Shown here: positions 35,282-44,463 of the stretch, in pieces
Position numbering within the stretch: the stretch's first letter is position 1
How the letters are laid out: every line of letters starts with the position of its first letter
Assembly: GCA_965203515.1 (NCBI GenBank)
Contig: OZ241907.1
Location: 3,456,001 to 3,520,000 of the forward strand
DNA from: Spirochaetia bacterium
GTDB taxonomy: Bacteria; Spirochaetota; Spirochaetia; SZUA-6; Bin103
Direction: 5' to 3'
DNA: 64,000 bases
The notes under the pieces: model-generated
The model's database searches: none
What the model was told of the DNA's origin: nothing
Seen by the model: the letters and a program-made list of their open reading frames with translations, nothing else
Translations under genes and position numbers: made by a program

Positions 35282-36127
35282 TCAGTCCGAAACGTCGGAG
35301 CGGAACAGCCGCAGCTTCTCGGTGACCGCGGCGGCGACCGCGGCCCGAATCCGCTTGAAGGTGATCCGCGGATCGGCGCCGTCGTTGCCGTTCGCGTAAC
35401 ATCGAACAAGGGTTTCGTGGACGGCCCGGCGGATCCACGTATCGATATTGATCTTTGCCGCTCCGCAGCGAATCGCATGGCGCGTCATCTCGTCGGACAG
35501 ACTGGTGCCGCCGTGCACCACCAGCGGCACCGGCGACGCGCGCCCGATCCGTTCGATCAGGTCTCGATCGGGGGTGCCGGCGCCGACCCCGGCGCCGGGG
35601 GCGTTGCCGAACGAGCACGCCAGATAATCGATGCCGGTCTCGGTGACGAACCTTCGCACCGCCTCGGGATCGGTCTCGATCTGCGCGCCGGCGCCGGTCT
35701 CTTCATCCCGGGTCTCGCCGAGTTGCGCTTCCAGGCCGATACCGCGGGAACGGGTGACCTCGGCCACCGCGCGCACCCGAGCGACGTTCTCCGCGTACGG
35801 CAGCATCGACGTGTCGATCATCACCGAGTCGAATCCCGCGGCGATCGCCCGCCGCACCACGTCGAGGTCGCTGCCGTGATCGAGATGGAAGTAGAGCGGC
35901 ACGGCGGCGTGGATGCGCGCGGCTCGCATCAGACCGGCGACGTACTCCATGCCGGCGTAGCGCAGGGTGCCCATCGAGACCCCGACCAGACAGGGGAGCC
36001 GCGCTGCGTTGGCGGCGTCGACGATCCCCTGCAAGGTGTCCATGCCGCTCATGTTGAACTGGCCGACCGCCCAGCCTTCGCTCCTGGCCCGGTTGATCAG
36101 CTCGACCACCCTGATGCGCTCGCTCAT
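35282..36127 (-). CDS. Class II fructose/tagatose-bisphosphate aldolase family
   Basis: AVGQFN, HLDHG, FDSVMID, EAQLG, PLVVHGGT, KINIDT. The usual GxxHG reads GNAPG here. Confidence 0.9.
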   Translation of the reverse strand: MSERIRVVELINRARSEGWAVGQFNMSGMDTLQGIVDAANAARLPCLVGVSMGTLRYAGMEYVAGLMRAARIHAAVPLYFHLDHGSDLDVVRRAIAAGFDSVMIDTSMLPYAENVARVRAVAEVTRSRGIGLEAQLGETRDEETGAGAQIETDPEAVRRFVTETGIDYLACSFGNAPGAGVGAGTPDRDLIERIGRASPVPLVVHGGTSLSDEMTRHAIRCGAAKINIDTWIRRAVHETLVRCYANGNDGADPRITFKRIRAAVAAAVTEKLRLFRSDVSD

Positions 36128-37065
36128 CGACCTGCTCCTCCTCCGACCGGTACGAGATCGAACGCCTGCAGAGCGGCGCCGAGCAACGCCGTGTGCGGCA
36201 CGCGCGAAATGGCGATCTCCGCGACCCTGACCTGCGGGTGCAGCCGTTCCTGCACCTGTTGGCGGAGCCGGGCGGGGTCGGGCCACCGGTCGGAGACCGC
36301 CCCGCCGCCGATGACGACCGTGCCGCAGTCGACCAGCGTCAGCGCATGGCTCAAAGCCAGGGCCAGGGCGTCGCTCGCCGTCTCCACCACCTGCCGCGCC
36401 CACGGTTCGCCGCGCGCCGCGGCCGTGACGATGGCGGCCCCGTCACGGGGGCGGCGGTCGTCGTCGCGGCGCCGGGCCACCCGGGCCATGCCGCGTCCGG
36501 AGGCGTACTGGCACAGGCAGCCCTCACCGCCGCAGGCGCAGGCGGCCGCGTCGCCGTCGTGCGTCTTGAGATGGCCGAAGGTGCAGGCCGCGCCGCGTAC
36601 GCCGCGCCAGACTCGCCCTTCCAATACCAGCGCGTGGCCGATGCCGGTGCCGATGGTGACGTAGAGGAACGTGGCATGGCGGCGCCCGGCGCCCAACCGG
36701 AGCTCCGCGTGGGCGGCGGCGAAGGCGTCGGTCTCCAATACGACCGGGCACCGGAATCGGGCGTGCAGAGCGGTCCACAGCGGCTCGTCCCGCCAGCCGA
36801 CGTTGAGCGCTCGCTGCACGGTGCGCCGTTGGTCGTCCAGCAAGCCGGCGACCGATACCCCGACCGCCTCCACCGGCAGCGCCGCGGCGCTGCAATAGCG
36901 ACTCAGGAAGTCGAGCAGGCCGCCCGGCGGCAACGGCTGGCCGGCGGCGCGAACCGCCATCTCGACCGGCTCCGGCGGCGCCGCCCACAGAGCGCCATCC
37001 GGCCGATCCGGCAGCAACAGGGCGCGCGTGCGGGTGCCGCCGACGTCTACCGCCAGTACCGCCAT
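36124..37065 (-). CDS. ROK family sugar kinase
   Basis: DVGGT, TIGTGIG, GH, CACGGEGCL. Confidence 0.9.
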   Translation of the reverse strand: MAVLAVDVGGTRTRALLLPDRPDGALWAAPPEPVEMAVRAAGQPLPPGGLLDFLSRYCSAAALPVEAVGVSVAGLLDDQRRTVQRALNVGWRDEPLWTALHARFRCPVVLETDAFAAAHAELRLGAGRRHATFLYVTIGTGIGHALVLEGRVWRGVRGAACTFGHLKTHDGDAAACACGGEGCLCQYASGRGMARVARRRDDDRRPRDGAAIVTAAARGEPWARQVVETASDALALALSHALTLVDCGTVVIGGGAVSDRWPDPARLRQQVQERLHPQVRVAEIAISRVPHTALLGAALQAFDLVPVGGGAGR

Positions 37066-37081
37066 CGCCGCGTCCTGAAGG

Positions 37082-37924
37082 TCAGCCTTCGCGCAGCCCG
37101 GTCAGGGCCACGCCGCGCACGAAGTTGCGCTGCAACAGGATGAACATCAGCACCAGCGGCAGGGCGCCGAATACCGCCACCGCCATCACCTGATTGTAGT
37201 TGACGTTGAGCTGGTTCTCGAACAGCGCCATGCCGAGCGGCAGCGTGCGCAGCGAGTCGCGGGAGACTACCAGCAGGGGCCACAGGTAGTTGTTCCAGTT
37301 CCAGACGAAGGTGAAGATCGCGACCGCGGCCAGCGCCGGCTGACTCAGCGGCCGGATTATCGTGGCAAGGATGCGGAGCTCGGATGCTCCCTCGCTGCGG
37401 GCGCTGTCCACGAAGTCCTGCGGGATGCCCAGGATGTACTGGCGCATAATGAAGATGCCGATCGGCGACAGCGCGGTCGGCAGCGTCAAGCCGAGGTAGG
37501 TGTTGAGCCAGCGCCAGCGGTGCACCTGCAGGTAGAGCGGCAGGGCGATCGCCTCGAACGGTATCACGATGGCGGCGAGCACCAGCACGAACAGCAGATT
37601 CCGTCCCGGGTAGTGAAAGCGTGCGAAGCTGTACCCGGCCGCTGCGCTGAGCAGGACGGTGATGGCGACGCTGGCCGACGATACGCCGATGGAGTTGACC
37701 GCGTAGCGCCCGAACGGCCGGGACGACAGCGCTTCGCCATAGTTGCTCCAGCGCAGCGCATCCGGCAGCCAGCGGATCGGCAGGGTGAAGACCGCATCCG
37801 GCGCCTTGAACGACGTGCTCACCATCCACACCAGCGGCACCACGGTCACCGCGGCAGCGACGCCGAGCAGCGCCGTAATCGCTAGGCGCCGGACGACGCG
37901 GGACGCCGCAGGCGCCCTAGCCAT
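37082..37924 (-). CDS. Carbohydrate ABC transporter permease (MalG-like)
   Basis: DSARSEGASE (EAA loop), WNNYLWPL, transmembrane helices. Confidence 0.93.
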   Translation of the reverse strand: MARAPAASRVVRRLAITALLGVAAAVTVVPLVWMVSTSFKAPDAVFTLPIRWLPDALRWSNYGEALSSRPFGRYAVNSIGVSSASVAITVLLSAAAGYSFARFHYPGRNLLFVLVLAAIVIPFEAIALPLYLQVHRWRWLNTYLGLTLPTALSPIGIFIMRQYILGIPQDFVDSARSEGASELRILATIIRPLSQPALAAVAIFTFVWNWNNYLWPLLVVSRDSLRTLPLGMALFENQLNVNYNQVMAVAVFGALPLVLMFILLQRNFVRGVALTGLREG

Positions 37925-38792
37925 GCTCGGCGCCCCGCAGCGACCGAAACTGCAGCACGCTGAAGATCAGGATCATCGCCAGATAGAGGATGGAAACGGC
38001 CGCGGCCTCGCCGTACTCGCCGAAGTTGAACGCCGTCTTGTAGATCAGGAGCGTCATGATCTCGGTGGCGGTGCCGGGACCGCCGCCGGTCATGACGTGC
38101 TGCAGGGCGAACGTGCGAAAGCCGTTGATGATCGATATCACCATGACCAGCACGATCGTGGGGCGCATGTGCGGCAAGACGACCCACCGCAGGCGCTGCC
38201 ACGCGCCGGCGCCTTCGATCTGCGCCGCCTCTTCGTGGGCCGCGGGCACCGCTTGGCGTCCGGCCAGAAACAGAATCATGTAGTAGCTGGCCGCGTGCCA
38301 CCAACTGGTCATGATCAACGCCAGCGGCGCGTACGCGGACTTCGTGAGCCACGCGATCGGCTCGCCGGGGAGGATCGGAGCGAGCAAGGCGTTGACCACG
38401 CCCCGATAGTTGAAGAACAGCTTCCATACCAGCGCGACCGTCAGCAGCGGCACCACGGAAGGCAGAAACAACAGCGTCCGCCAGGCGCCGGCGCCTCGCC
38501 GCGCGTTGAACAACAGCGCGGCCAGCCCGAAGCTGAGCAGCCACACCGGGATCACGGTTCCGAACACGTAGACGACGCTCACCTGCAGCGAGTTGAGGAA
38601 CGCGCGGCTGCCGATCGCTCGAAGGTAGTTTTCGAACCACACGAAGGCCGGGTCCGGGCGCAGGTCGTAATCGGTGAGACTGAAGTAGAACGCGCGCGCC
38701 ATCGGATAGAGGCTGAATACGGCGAGCAGCGCGATGGCGGGCATGGCGAACAGCAGACCCCACGCGGCCTGCCGCTGAGGTGCGCTCAGCAT
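37917..38792 (-). CDS. Carbohydrate ABC transporter permease (MalF-like)
   Basis: EAAQIEGAG, MTGGGP, transmembrane helices. Confidence 0.93.
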   Translation of the reverse strand: MLSAPQRQAAWGLLFAMPAIALLAVFSLYPMARAFYFSLTDYDLRPDPAFVWFENYLRAIGSRAFLNSLQVSVVYVFGTVIPVWLLSFGLAALLFNARRGAGAWRTLLFLPSVVPLLTVALVWKLFFNYRGVVNALLAPILPGEPIAWLTKSAYAPLALIMTSWWHAASYYMILFLAGRQAVPAAHEEAAQIEGAGAWQRLRWVVLPHMRPTIVLVMVISIINGFRTFALQHVMTGGGPGTATEIMTLLIYKTAFNFGEYGEAAAVSILYLAMILIFSVLQFRSLRGAEHG

Positions 38793-38941
38793 CGATCGGG
38801 GAACTCGGGTTCCGAAGAGCGGTCCGAGGGGTCCTTCATCCTGCGGCGGCGCGCACGCTCAAGAATGCCGCCGACGACGGGGGAACGGCGCGGAGAGCGG
38901 CGGACCGATGATCCGATACTCTGCGCGCCGTCCCGATCGAT

Positions 38942-40255
38942 CTACTCGTTGCGAAGCCGACGCATTTCGGCGGCCGCCCTGCTCAGGGCGCCGGCGACGT
39001 CGCCGCTCTCCGCAAACTCCTCGACCGCGTTCTTGAGCAACTCGCCTTCCTGCGCCCAGGTCGGACTGCGCCAGACGAAGCTGCCGGTGGCATAGCTCTG
39101 CTCGTACACTTCCACCCCGCGCAACGCATTGCGCACCTGCGGCAGTTGGAACATGCCGCGCCGTCCGTTGATGTAGCCGGCCACCTCGTACATCTCGCCC
39201 GGTGTGGAAAGCAGGGCATCGAGGAAGTCCCATGATTCGCTTGCGGCGTCGGAGTCGGCGCTCACCGCCAGCGCGTACGTGTGGATGAAGGTCTGCGGAT
39301 CGTCGGGATCGCGCTGCGGGATCGGCGCCACGACGAAGTTGTCGAACACGTTGGGGGAATTCTCGCGCCACGCCGCCGGCGCCCAGGGGCCGCCCATGAC
39401 GACCGCCTGACGCTCTTCCATGAAATCCTGGAACGCATAGACCGGACTGGCGGTAGCGATGTCGGGGCCGCCGCGCCCCTCGCGGATCAGCCGGTACCAG
39501 GTCTCTTCGAACGCCCGCACGCAGGCCGGCGAATCGACCGCGACCCGGTTGGCATCGTCGATGATCCGACAGCCGTACTGGGTGGTGACGTTCCAGAACT
39601 GCTGGGCGTACCAGAACGAGTCGAGCCCCCACACCCAGTTGAAGCCGATCCGTTCGATGGCGCCGTCCGCACCGCGCCGCTCTACCGAACTCAGCAGGTC
39701 GAAGAACCGATCCCAGGTCACCGCGCGCTCCTGCCATTGCGCGGACAACGCCGCTGCGTCCAGGCCGGCTTCCGCGAACATCTCCCGGTTGAGAAACAAC
39801 ACGAAGGTGTTGAACTCGGCCGGTACCCCGTAGACCTGTCCGTCGAATACCATGCCCTCCAATGCCGGGTGCACGAACAGATCGACGACGTCCTGTTGCG
39901 TGCTCACGCCGAATGCGCCCGGATCGACCGGCGCCAACCAGCCCTTCTCATGGAACTCCGGAAACAGATAGTCGAGCACGTTGAGGATATCCGGCGGATC
40001 GCCTGCCGCTATCGCCGCGCGCAGCCGCACCTCGTAGTCGCCGTGCGGATATTCGATGATGTCGATCTGCAGGCCGGGATGGTCCTCCAGATACGTGGCC
40101 GCCTGTTCGCGCATCCAGTCGGTGGCGACCGTATAGGTGTGATGCCAGAACGTGATCGTCTTTTCGCCGGCTTGCTCGACTTCACCTTCCGCGAACGCGA
40201 TTGCTCCCGTGAGCAGGCCGGCGACGACCGCCGGCAGCACGAAGCGCTTTCTCAT
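38942..40255 (-). CDS. Carbohydrate ABC transporter substrate-binding protein
   Basis: Signal peptide MRKRFVLPAVVAGLLTGAIAFA; GDPPDI, YGVP, LFLNREMF, GPW; AGGAGG SD. Confidence 0.92.
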   Translation of the reverse strand: MRKRFVLPAVVAGLLTGAIAFAEGEVEQAGEKTITFWHHTYTVATDWMREQAATYLEDHPGLQIDIIEYPHGDYEVRLRAAIAAGDPPDILNVLDYLFPEFHEKGWLAPVDPGAFGVSTQQDVVDLFVHPALEGMVFDGQVYGVPAEFNTFVLFLNREMFAEAGLDAAALSAQWQERAVTWDRFFDLLSSVERRGADGAIERIGFNWVWGLDSFWYAQQFWNVTTQYGCRIIDDANRVAVDSPACVRAFEETWYRLIREGRGGPDIATASPVYAFQDFMEERQAVVMGGPWAPAAWRENSPNVFDNFVVAPIPQRDPDDPQTFIHTYALAVSADSDAASESWDFLDALLSTPGEMYEVAGYINGRRGMFQLPQVRNALRGVEVYEQSYATGSFVWRSPTWAQEGELLKNAVEEFAESGDVAGALSRAAAEMRRLRNE

Positions 40256-40356
40256 TACTCGAACCTCCTTGAGGTGAGATCGTGGCCTCCGGCGGAGCTG
40301 GACTCCGATCACGGGGCAGGAAGCACCATAGCACGGGCTCCCGGCCCGATCAAAGC

Positions 40357-41448
40357 TCATGAGAGGCGGGGGAGCGCCACGCGCCGCTCGTCGACGTCGG
40401 CGACGCTGGCGCAGCCGCATATCGCCATCGCCGTGTCGAACTCGGAGAGGAGTATCCGGAACATGGTGCGCACGCCGGCCTCGCCGTCGATCGCCAGCCC
40501 CCAGAAGATCGGCCGGCCCACCATCACCGCGCGGGCGCCGAGCGCCAGCGCCTTGAACACGTCGGCGCCGCGGCGCACGCCGGAGTCGAGGTAGACCTCG
40601 ACGCGGTCGCCGACCGCGGCGGCGATCTCCGGCAGCGCCTCGATCGACGCCTGCATGCCGTCGAAGGTGCGCCCGCCGTGGTTGGAGACGACCACCGCGT
40701 CGGCGCCGTGGTCGACGGCGCACGCCGCATCCTCGGCGGTCATCACCTCCTTGACGATCAGCGGCAGCCCGGTGAGGCCCTTGAGCCACTCCAGCCGCTT
40801 CCCGGTCAACGGCGGGTAGGAGACGTCGTTCACCCGTTCCATCAGGTCGTGCAGGTCGGGCCGGTCGGCCAGGTCCGCCCACTTGCCCACGTAGTTGCGG
40901 ATCGGCGCGTCGTGGCTGGGGGAGAAGCCGCGCACCGGCTCGCGCCGGGCGGCGCCCATGCCGGGACCGGCGATGGTGATGCAGACCGCCTGCACGCCGG
41001 CCTCCAGGGCGCGCCCCAGCAGGTACTCGGTCACCTCGTCCGGGTAGTGCTTGATGCCGTACCAGAGCGGGCCGGTGGTCGCCGCCCGCACCTCGGCGAC
41101 CGTCTTGCCGGCGCCGGCGCGCACCGTCATCACCGTCCCGCAGGCGCCGGCGGCGCGCGCGGTGGCCACGTCGCCGTCGGGGTGCGCCCACACCTGCGTG
41201 CCGGCCGGCGGCACCATGACGGGGAAGGATATGCGGTGGCCGAGCACGGTCGTCGACAGGTCGCGCTCGGTAACGTCGGCCAGGAAGCGGGGGCGGACGG
41301 CGATCGCGTCGAACGCCTCCCGATTGCGCCGCACGGTGATCTCGTCGCCCGCGCCGCCGGCGACGACGTGCCAGTAGTCGGTCGCCAGCCGCTGCCGGGC
41401 CAGCCGCTCCAGGTCGAACAGGGTGAGCGGGTGGTAGAAGCGCTTCAT
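40357..41448 (-). CDS. FMN-dependent alpha-hydroxy acid oxidase
   Basis: SNHGGR, DSGVRRGADVFKALALGA, GRP. Confidence 0.93.
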   Translation of the reverse strand: MKRFYHPLTLFDLERLARQRLATDYWHVVAGGAGDEITVRRNREAFDAIAVRPRFLADVTERDLSTTVLGHRISFPVMVPPAGTQVWAHPDGDVATARAAGACGTVMTVRAGAGKTVAEVRAATTGPLWYGIKHYPDEVTEYLLGRALEAGVQAVCITIAGPGMGAARREPVRGFSPSHDAPIRNYVGKWADLADRPDLHDLMERVNDVSYPPLTGKRLEWLKGLTGLPLIVKEVMTAEDAACAVDHGADAVVVSNHGGRTFDGMQASIEALPEIAAAVGDRVEVYLDSGVRRGADVFKALALGARAVMVGRPIFWGLAIDGEAGVRTMFRILLSEFDTAMAICGCASVADVDERRVALPRLS

Positions 41449-42596
41449 CGCAACGCGGTCATCTCCCGGCCGTCACTTCCAGCGTCATCTCCGGCCGGTC
41501 GACCCGGTACGGTCTGCCGGACGCCGGTGTCGGAAGCGCGCTCGAGCGCGTCGATCAGGCGGTGCAGGGAGAGCGCCAGCTCGAAGTCGGGCTCCGCCGG
41601 GGCGCCGGTGCGGATCGCCTGAGCGAAGTGGCTCCAGACCTGGGCGACGTAGAACGGGCGGTCCCGCTCCCGTTCGTGCAGCACGCGCGTGAGCCGGTGG
41701 GGGATCGGCAGCTCGGCGAGTGCGGCGTCGTCGGGGCCGCCGACCATCAGGCGGAGGTCGCCAAAGCGTTCGTCCGCGTGAATCACGGCGGTCCGCTCGC
41801 GGCCGTAGACCTCGAACCGGTAGCCGCTGCCGTGCCACGGCACGCTGTGTTCGTAGGCCAGCACGGCCGTGCCGGCGTCGGTGCTGCCCTGCATGAACAC
41901 CGTGTCCGGCGCGGTGGCGTCGATCAGCCTGCCGGTGTCCCGTTCCCGCCACTGCGGCGCCTGCGTGCGCCACACCCCCGACACTTCGCGCAACGGTCCG
42001 AAGCAGTGGTAGACCGGTTCCAGCAGATGCCCGAAGCCGATGGTGCCGTTGTGGGCGCCGTTGCGCGCGTCGGCTCGCCAACTCGCCGTCGACGCCTTGT
42101 CGAGCAGGCCGTCCCCGCAGGCGCCGATCCGGATCGCCACCACCTCGCCGAAGAACCCCTGATCGACCAGCTCCTTGAGCCGGCGGTAGATCGGGGTATG
42201 CCGCTCCTGCAGGCCGATGATCGCCGTGCCGGGGGCGGCGCGCGCGGCGGCCGCCATCCGCTCCGCCTCGTCCAGGTTCGCGCCGAGCGGCCACTCGGTG
42301 TAGACGTGCTTGCCGGCGGCGAGCGCCGCCATGGTCGGCCGGTAGTGACGCGGCGCGCGCACCGACACCACCACGACCTCGACCTCCTGGCACGCGATCA
42401 GTTCGCGGAAGTCGGCGAAGTGGTAGCGGGCGCCGTAGATGCGCGCCGCCGCGCGCGCGGTCTCCGCGCGCGTGGTGCAGACGGCGACCAGCTCCAGCTC
42501 GGCCGGCATGGCCAGGATCGCCGGCAGATGGCCGCGCCTGGCCCAACTCTGCGTGGGATTGGCGCCGATCACGCCGATCCGCAGCCGCTCCGCCAT
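41445..42596 (-). CDS. Gfo/Idh/MocA family oxidoreductase
   Basis: RIGVIGA, GKHVYTEWPLG, GLQ, PDF..AL..HRLIDA. Confidence 0.92.
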   Translation of the reverse strand: MAERLRIGVIGANPTQSWARRGHLPAILAMPAELELVAVCTTRAETARAAARIYGARYHFADFRELIACQEVEVVVVSVRAPRHYRPTMAALAAGKHVYTEWPLGANLDEAERMAAAARAAPGTAIIGLQERHTPIYRRLKELVDQGFFGEVVAIRIGACGDGLLDKASTASWRADARNGAHNGTIGFGHLLEPVYHCFGPLREVSGVWRTQAPQWRERDTGRLIDATAPDTVFMQGSTDAGTAVLAYEHSVPWHGSGYRFEVYGRERTAVIHADERFGDLRLMVGGPDDAALAELPIPHRLTRVLHERERDRPFYVAQVWSHFAQAIRTGAPAEPDFELALSLHRLIDALERASDTGVRQTVPGRPAGDDAGSDGREMTALR

Positions 42597-43249
42597 CAGT
42601 CCGGCGCCTCGGCCACGGTCAGGCGGTGCAGTCGCTTGGCGCGCTCGTCGCCGAACCACAGGTGGCCGCGGTCCCAGGTGAGCCCGTGCGGCTCGGTGCC
42701 GTCCGGCGCCGGCGCGGCGGCGCGCACCTCGCCCGAGTCAGGGTCGATCCGGTGGATCGCGCGGCGGTCGGTGTCGGCGCTCCACAGCGCGCCGGCCCGC
42801 CACTCCAGCCCGTGCGGGCGCGTGCCGGGCGACGGGAAGCCGCCGGTGACGCGGCCGTCGGCCGCGTCGACCCGGTAGAAGCGGTCGGTGACCGGACAGC
42901 TCGTCCAGAGGTGCACGCCGTCCCAGGCGACGCCGTGACATTTGGGCGCCGGCGCCGGGATCGACCGGATCACCGCGCCGTCGGTCGGGTCGAGCGCGTA
43001 CAGCTTCCGGTGGTACGGGATCGAGACCCAGAGCGAGCAGCCGTCCCAGGCCAGTCCGGCCGGAATGCTGTCGATCGGCCGGAAGGAGCGCGCGGAGCGG
43101 CCGGTCGACGGGTCGACGCGCTCGATCACGAAGCTGTCGCAGTCACAGCTCCACAGGTGCGATCCGTCCCAGGCGAGCCCGTTGGGGCCGCCGGCGCCGC
43201 CGACCGGCAGGGTGCGGGTGATCGTGGCACGGAGCTGCGCCACGCTCAT
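42596..43249 (-). CDS. Five-repeat beta-propeller protein (glutaminyl-cyclase/Vgb-like fold)
   Basis: Five PxGLxWDGxxLW repeats about 42 aa apart. Confidence 0.75.
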   Translation of the reverse strand: MSVAQLRATITRTLPVGGAGGPNGLAWDGSHLWSCDCDSFVIERVDPSTGRSARSFRPIDSIPAGLAWDGCSLWVSIPYHRKLYALDPTDGAVIRSIPAPAPKCHGVAWDGVHLWTSCPVTDRFYRVDAADGRVTGGFPSPGTRPHGLEWRAGALWSADTDRRAIHRIDPDSGEVRAAAPAPDGTEPHGLTWDRGHLWFGDERAKRLHRLTVAEAPD

Positions 43250-43252
43250 GGC

Positions 43253-44458
43253 TCAGCCGTGCAGGCGCGAGCGCAGGACGCTGCGGAGCTGGCCGGCGAC
43301 GATCCGTTCCTCCCCCTCCGCCAGCACGTGCGGACCCACGAACAGGCTGCGGTCGCCCTCGACTCCCACCAGGATGCGCGGGGATCCCTTGTCGAGGTCG
43401 TCGGCGATCTGTTCGGCGGTGGCCGGGAACTCCTCGCCCAGGGTGATGAACAGCCGTACCAGTTGGAAGTTGTCGTAGGGCACCGGCTCGGCCGAGACGT
43501 GCGGGATGCCGGCGAGCTGCTCCCGGATCACCCCCATGCGGCGGTGATACTCGACCAGGCGAGCCTGGTGATCGGTGTTGAACCAGACGTCCAGCGCGAC
43601 CGCCAGGGCCACGATCTGCTGCCGGTCCAGCTTCATGCCGCGCCCGAAGGCATAGCCGCCGCCGGTGGGGATATCGTCGTTGTCGATGCTGCCGCAGAAG
43701 TCGAGCTTGCGCAGCGGATCGACGTATTTCCGGCGGCCGGCGACCAGTCCGGTCGAGTGCGAGCTGCCGAAGTACTTGCCGCCGAAGCAGACCAGATCGG
43801 CCGCCTGCGCGATCCAGCGAAAGTGATCGAGCGGATAGACCTGGGCGGCGGCGTCGACGATCACCGGCAGGCCGCGGCGCCGGCCGACGGCGGCCACCTC
43901 TTCCAGCGGCAGGTCGCCGGTGCGCGGCGGGAACAGGTAGCCGGCCGGATGCGAGTAGGGATGGGCGATGGCGACGGTGTCCTGGTCGATCGCGGCCTCC
44001 AGTTCTTCGACGGTGCAGCCGTCGTCGCGGCCGACCGGCACCAGCCGGGAGCCGGCGAAGGTGAAGCAGGGCTGCACCCAATAGCGGTGCTGGCGCTGGA
44101 TCAGGATGCGGTCCCTGCGGCCGGTGGTGTTGGGCAGGCGCGCCATCTTTGCGGCGTCGTCGCCGGTCATGGCGATGGCGGAGCTCAGGATGATCGCGGA
44201 CGCGCAGCCGGCCGTGGGGTGCGCGGTCTCGCAGCCGAGCAGGCCGGCGACGTAGTCGCCGGTCTTGCGCATGAGCTCGGCCATGTCGACCCAGCCGCGG
44301 CCGGCCTCGTCCATCGCCGCCCGCACCACCGCCGACGGCGTCGAGCCGCCGAACACGGTCGAGTTGCTGCGCGCGTTGAGAATCGGCACGACGCCGAGCT
44401 TCCGGTAGACGCCGCCCTCGGCGAGGCGCGGCACGTCGTTCGCACCCGATGCAGACAT
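43253..44458 (-). CDS. SelA-like PLP enzyme (DgaE / D-glucosaminate-6-phosphate ammonia-lyase family)
   Basis: LGVVPILNA, VIVDAAAQ, DLVCFGGKY, GRGMK. Confidence 0.85.
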   Translation of the reverse strand: MSASGANDVPRLAEGGVYRKLGVVPILNARSNSTVFGGSTPSAVVRAAMDEAGRGWVDMAELMRKTGDYVAGLLGCETAHPTAGCASAIILSSAIAMTGDDAAKMARLPNTTGRRDRILIQRQHRYWVQPCFTFAGSRLVPVGRDDGCTVEELEAAIDQDTVAIAHPYSHPAGYLFPPRTGDLPLEEVAAVGRRRGLPVIVDAAAQVYPLDHFRWIAQAADLVCFGGKYFGSSHSTGLVAGRRKYVDPLRKLDFCGSIDNDDIPTGGGYAFGRGMKLDRQQIVALAVALDVWFNTDHQARLVEYHRRMGVIREQLAGIPHVSAEPVPYDNFQLVRLFITLGEEFPATAEQIADDLDKGSPRILVGVEGDRSLFVGPHVLAEGEERIVAGQLRSVLRSRLHG

Positions 44459-44463
44459 GCCGC

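Noticed and set aside
40256..40330. Riboswitch in the sugar-binding-protein leader
   Set aside because: Only short stems are present (ACCTC/GAGGT over the SD), with no recognisable aptamer consensus; too weak to call.
43253..44458. Selenocysteine synthase selA
   Set aside because: It is shorter than SelA, no selB, selC or selD is nearby, and the motifs and catabolic context fit the DgaE-like subfamily.
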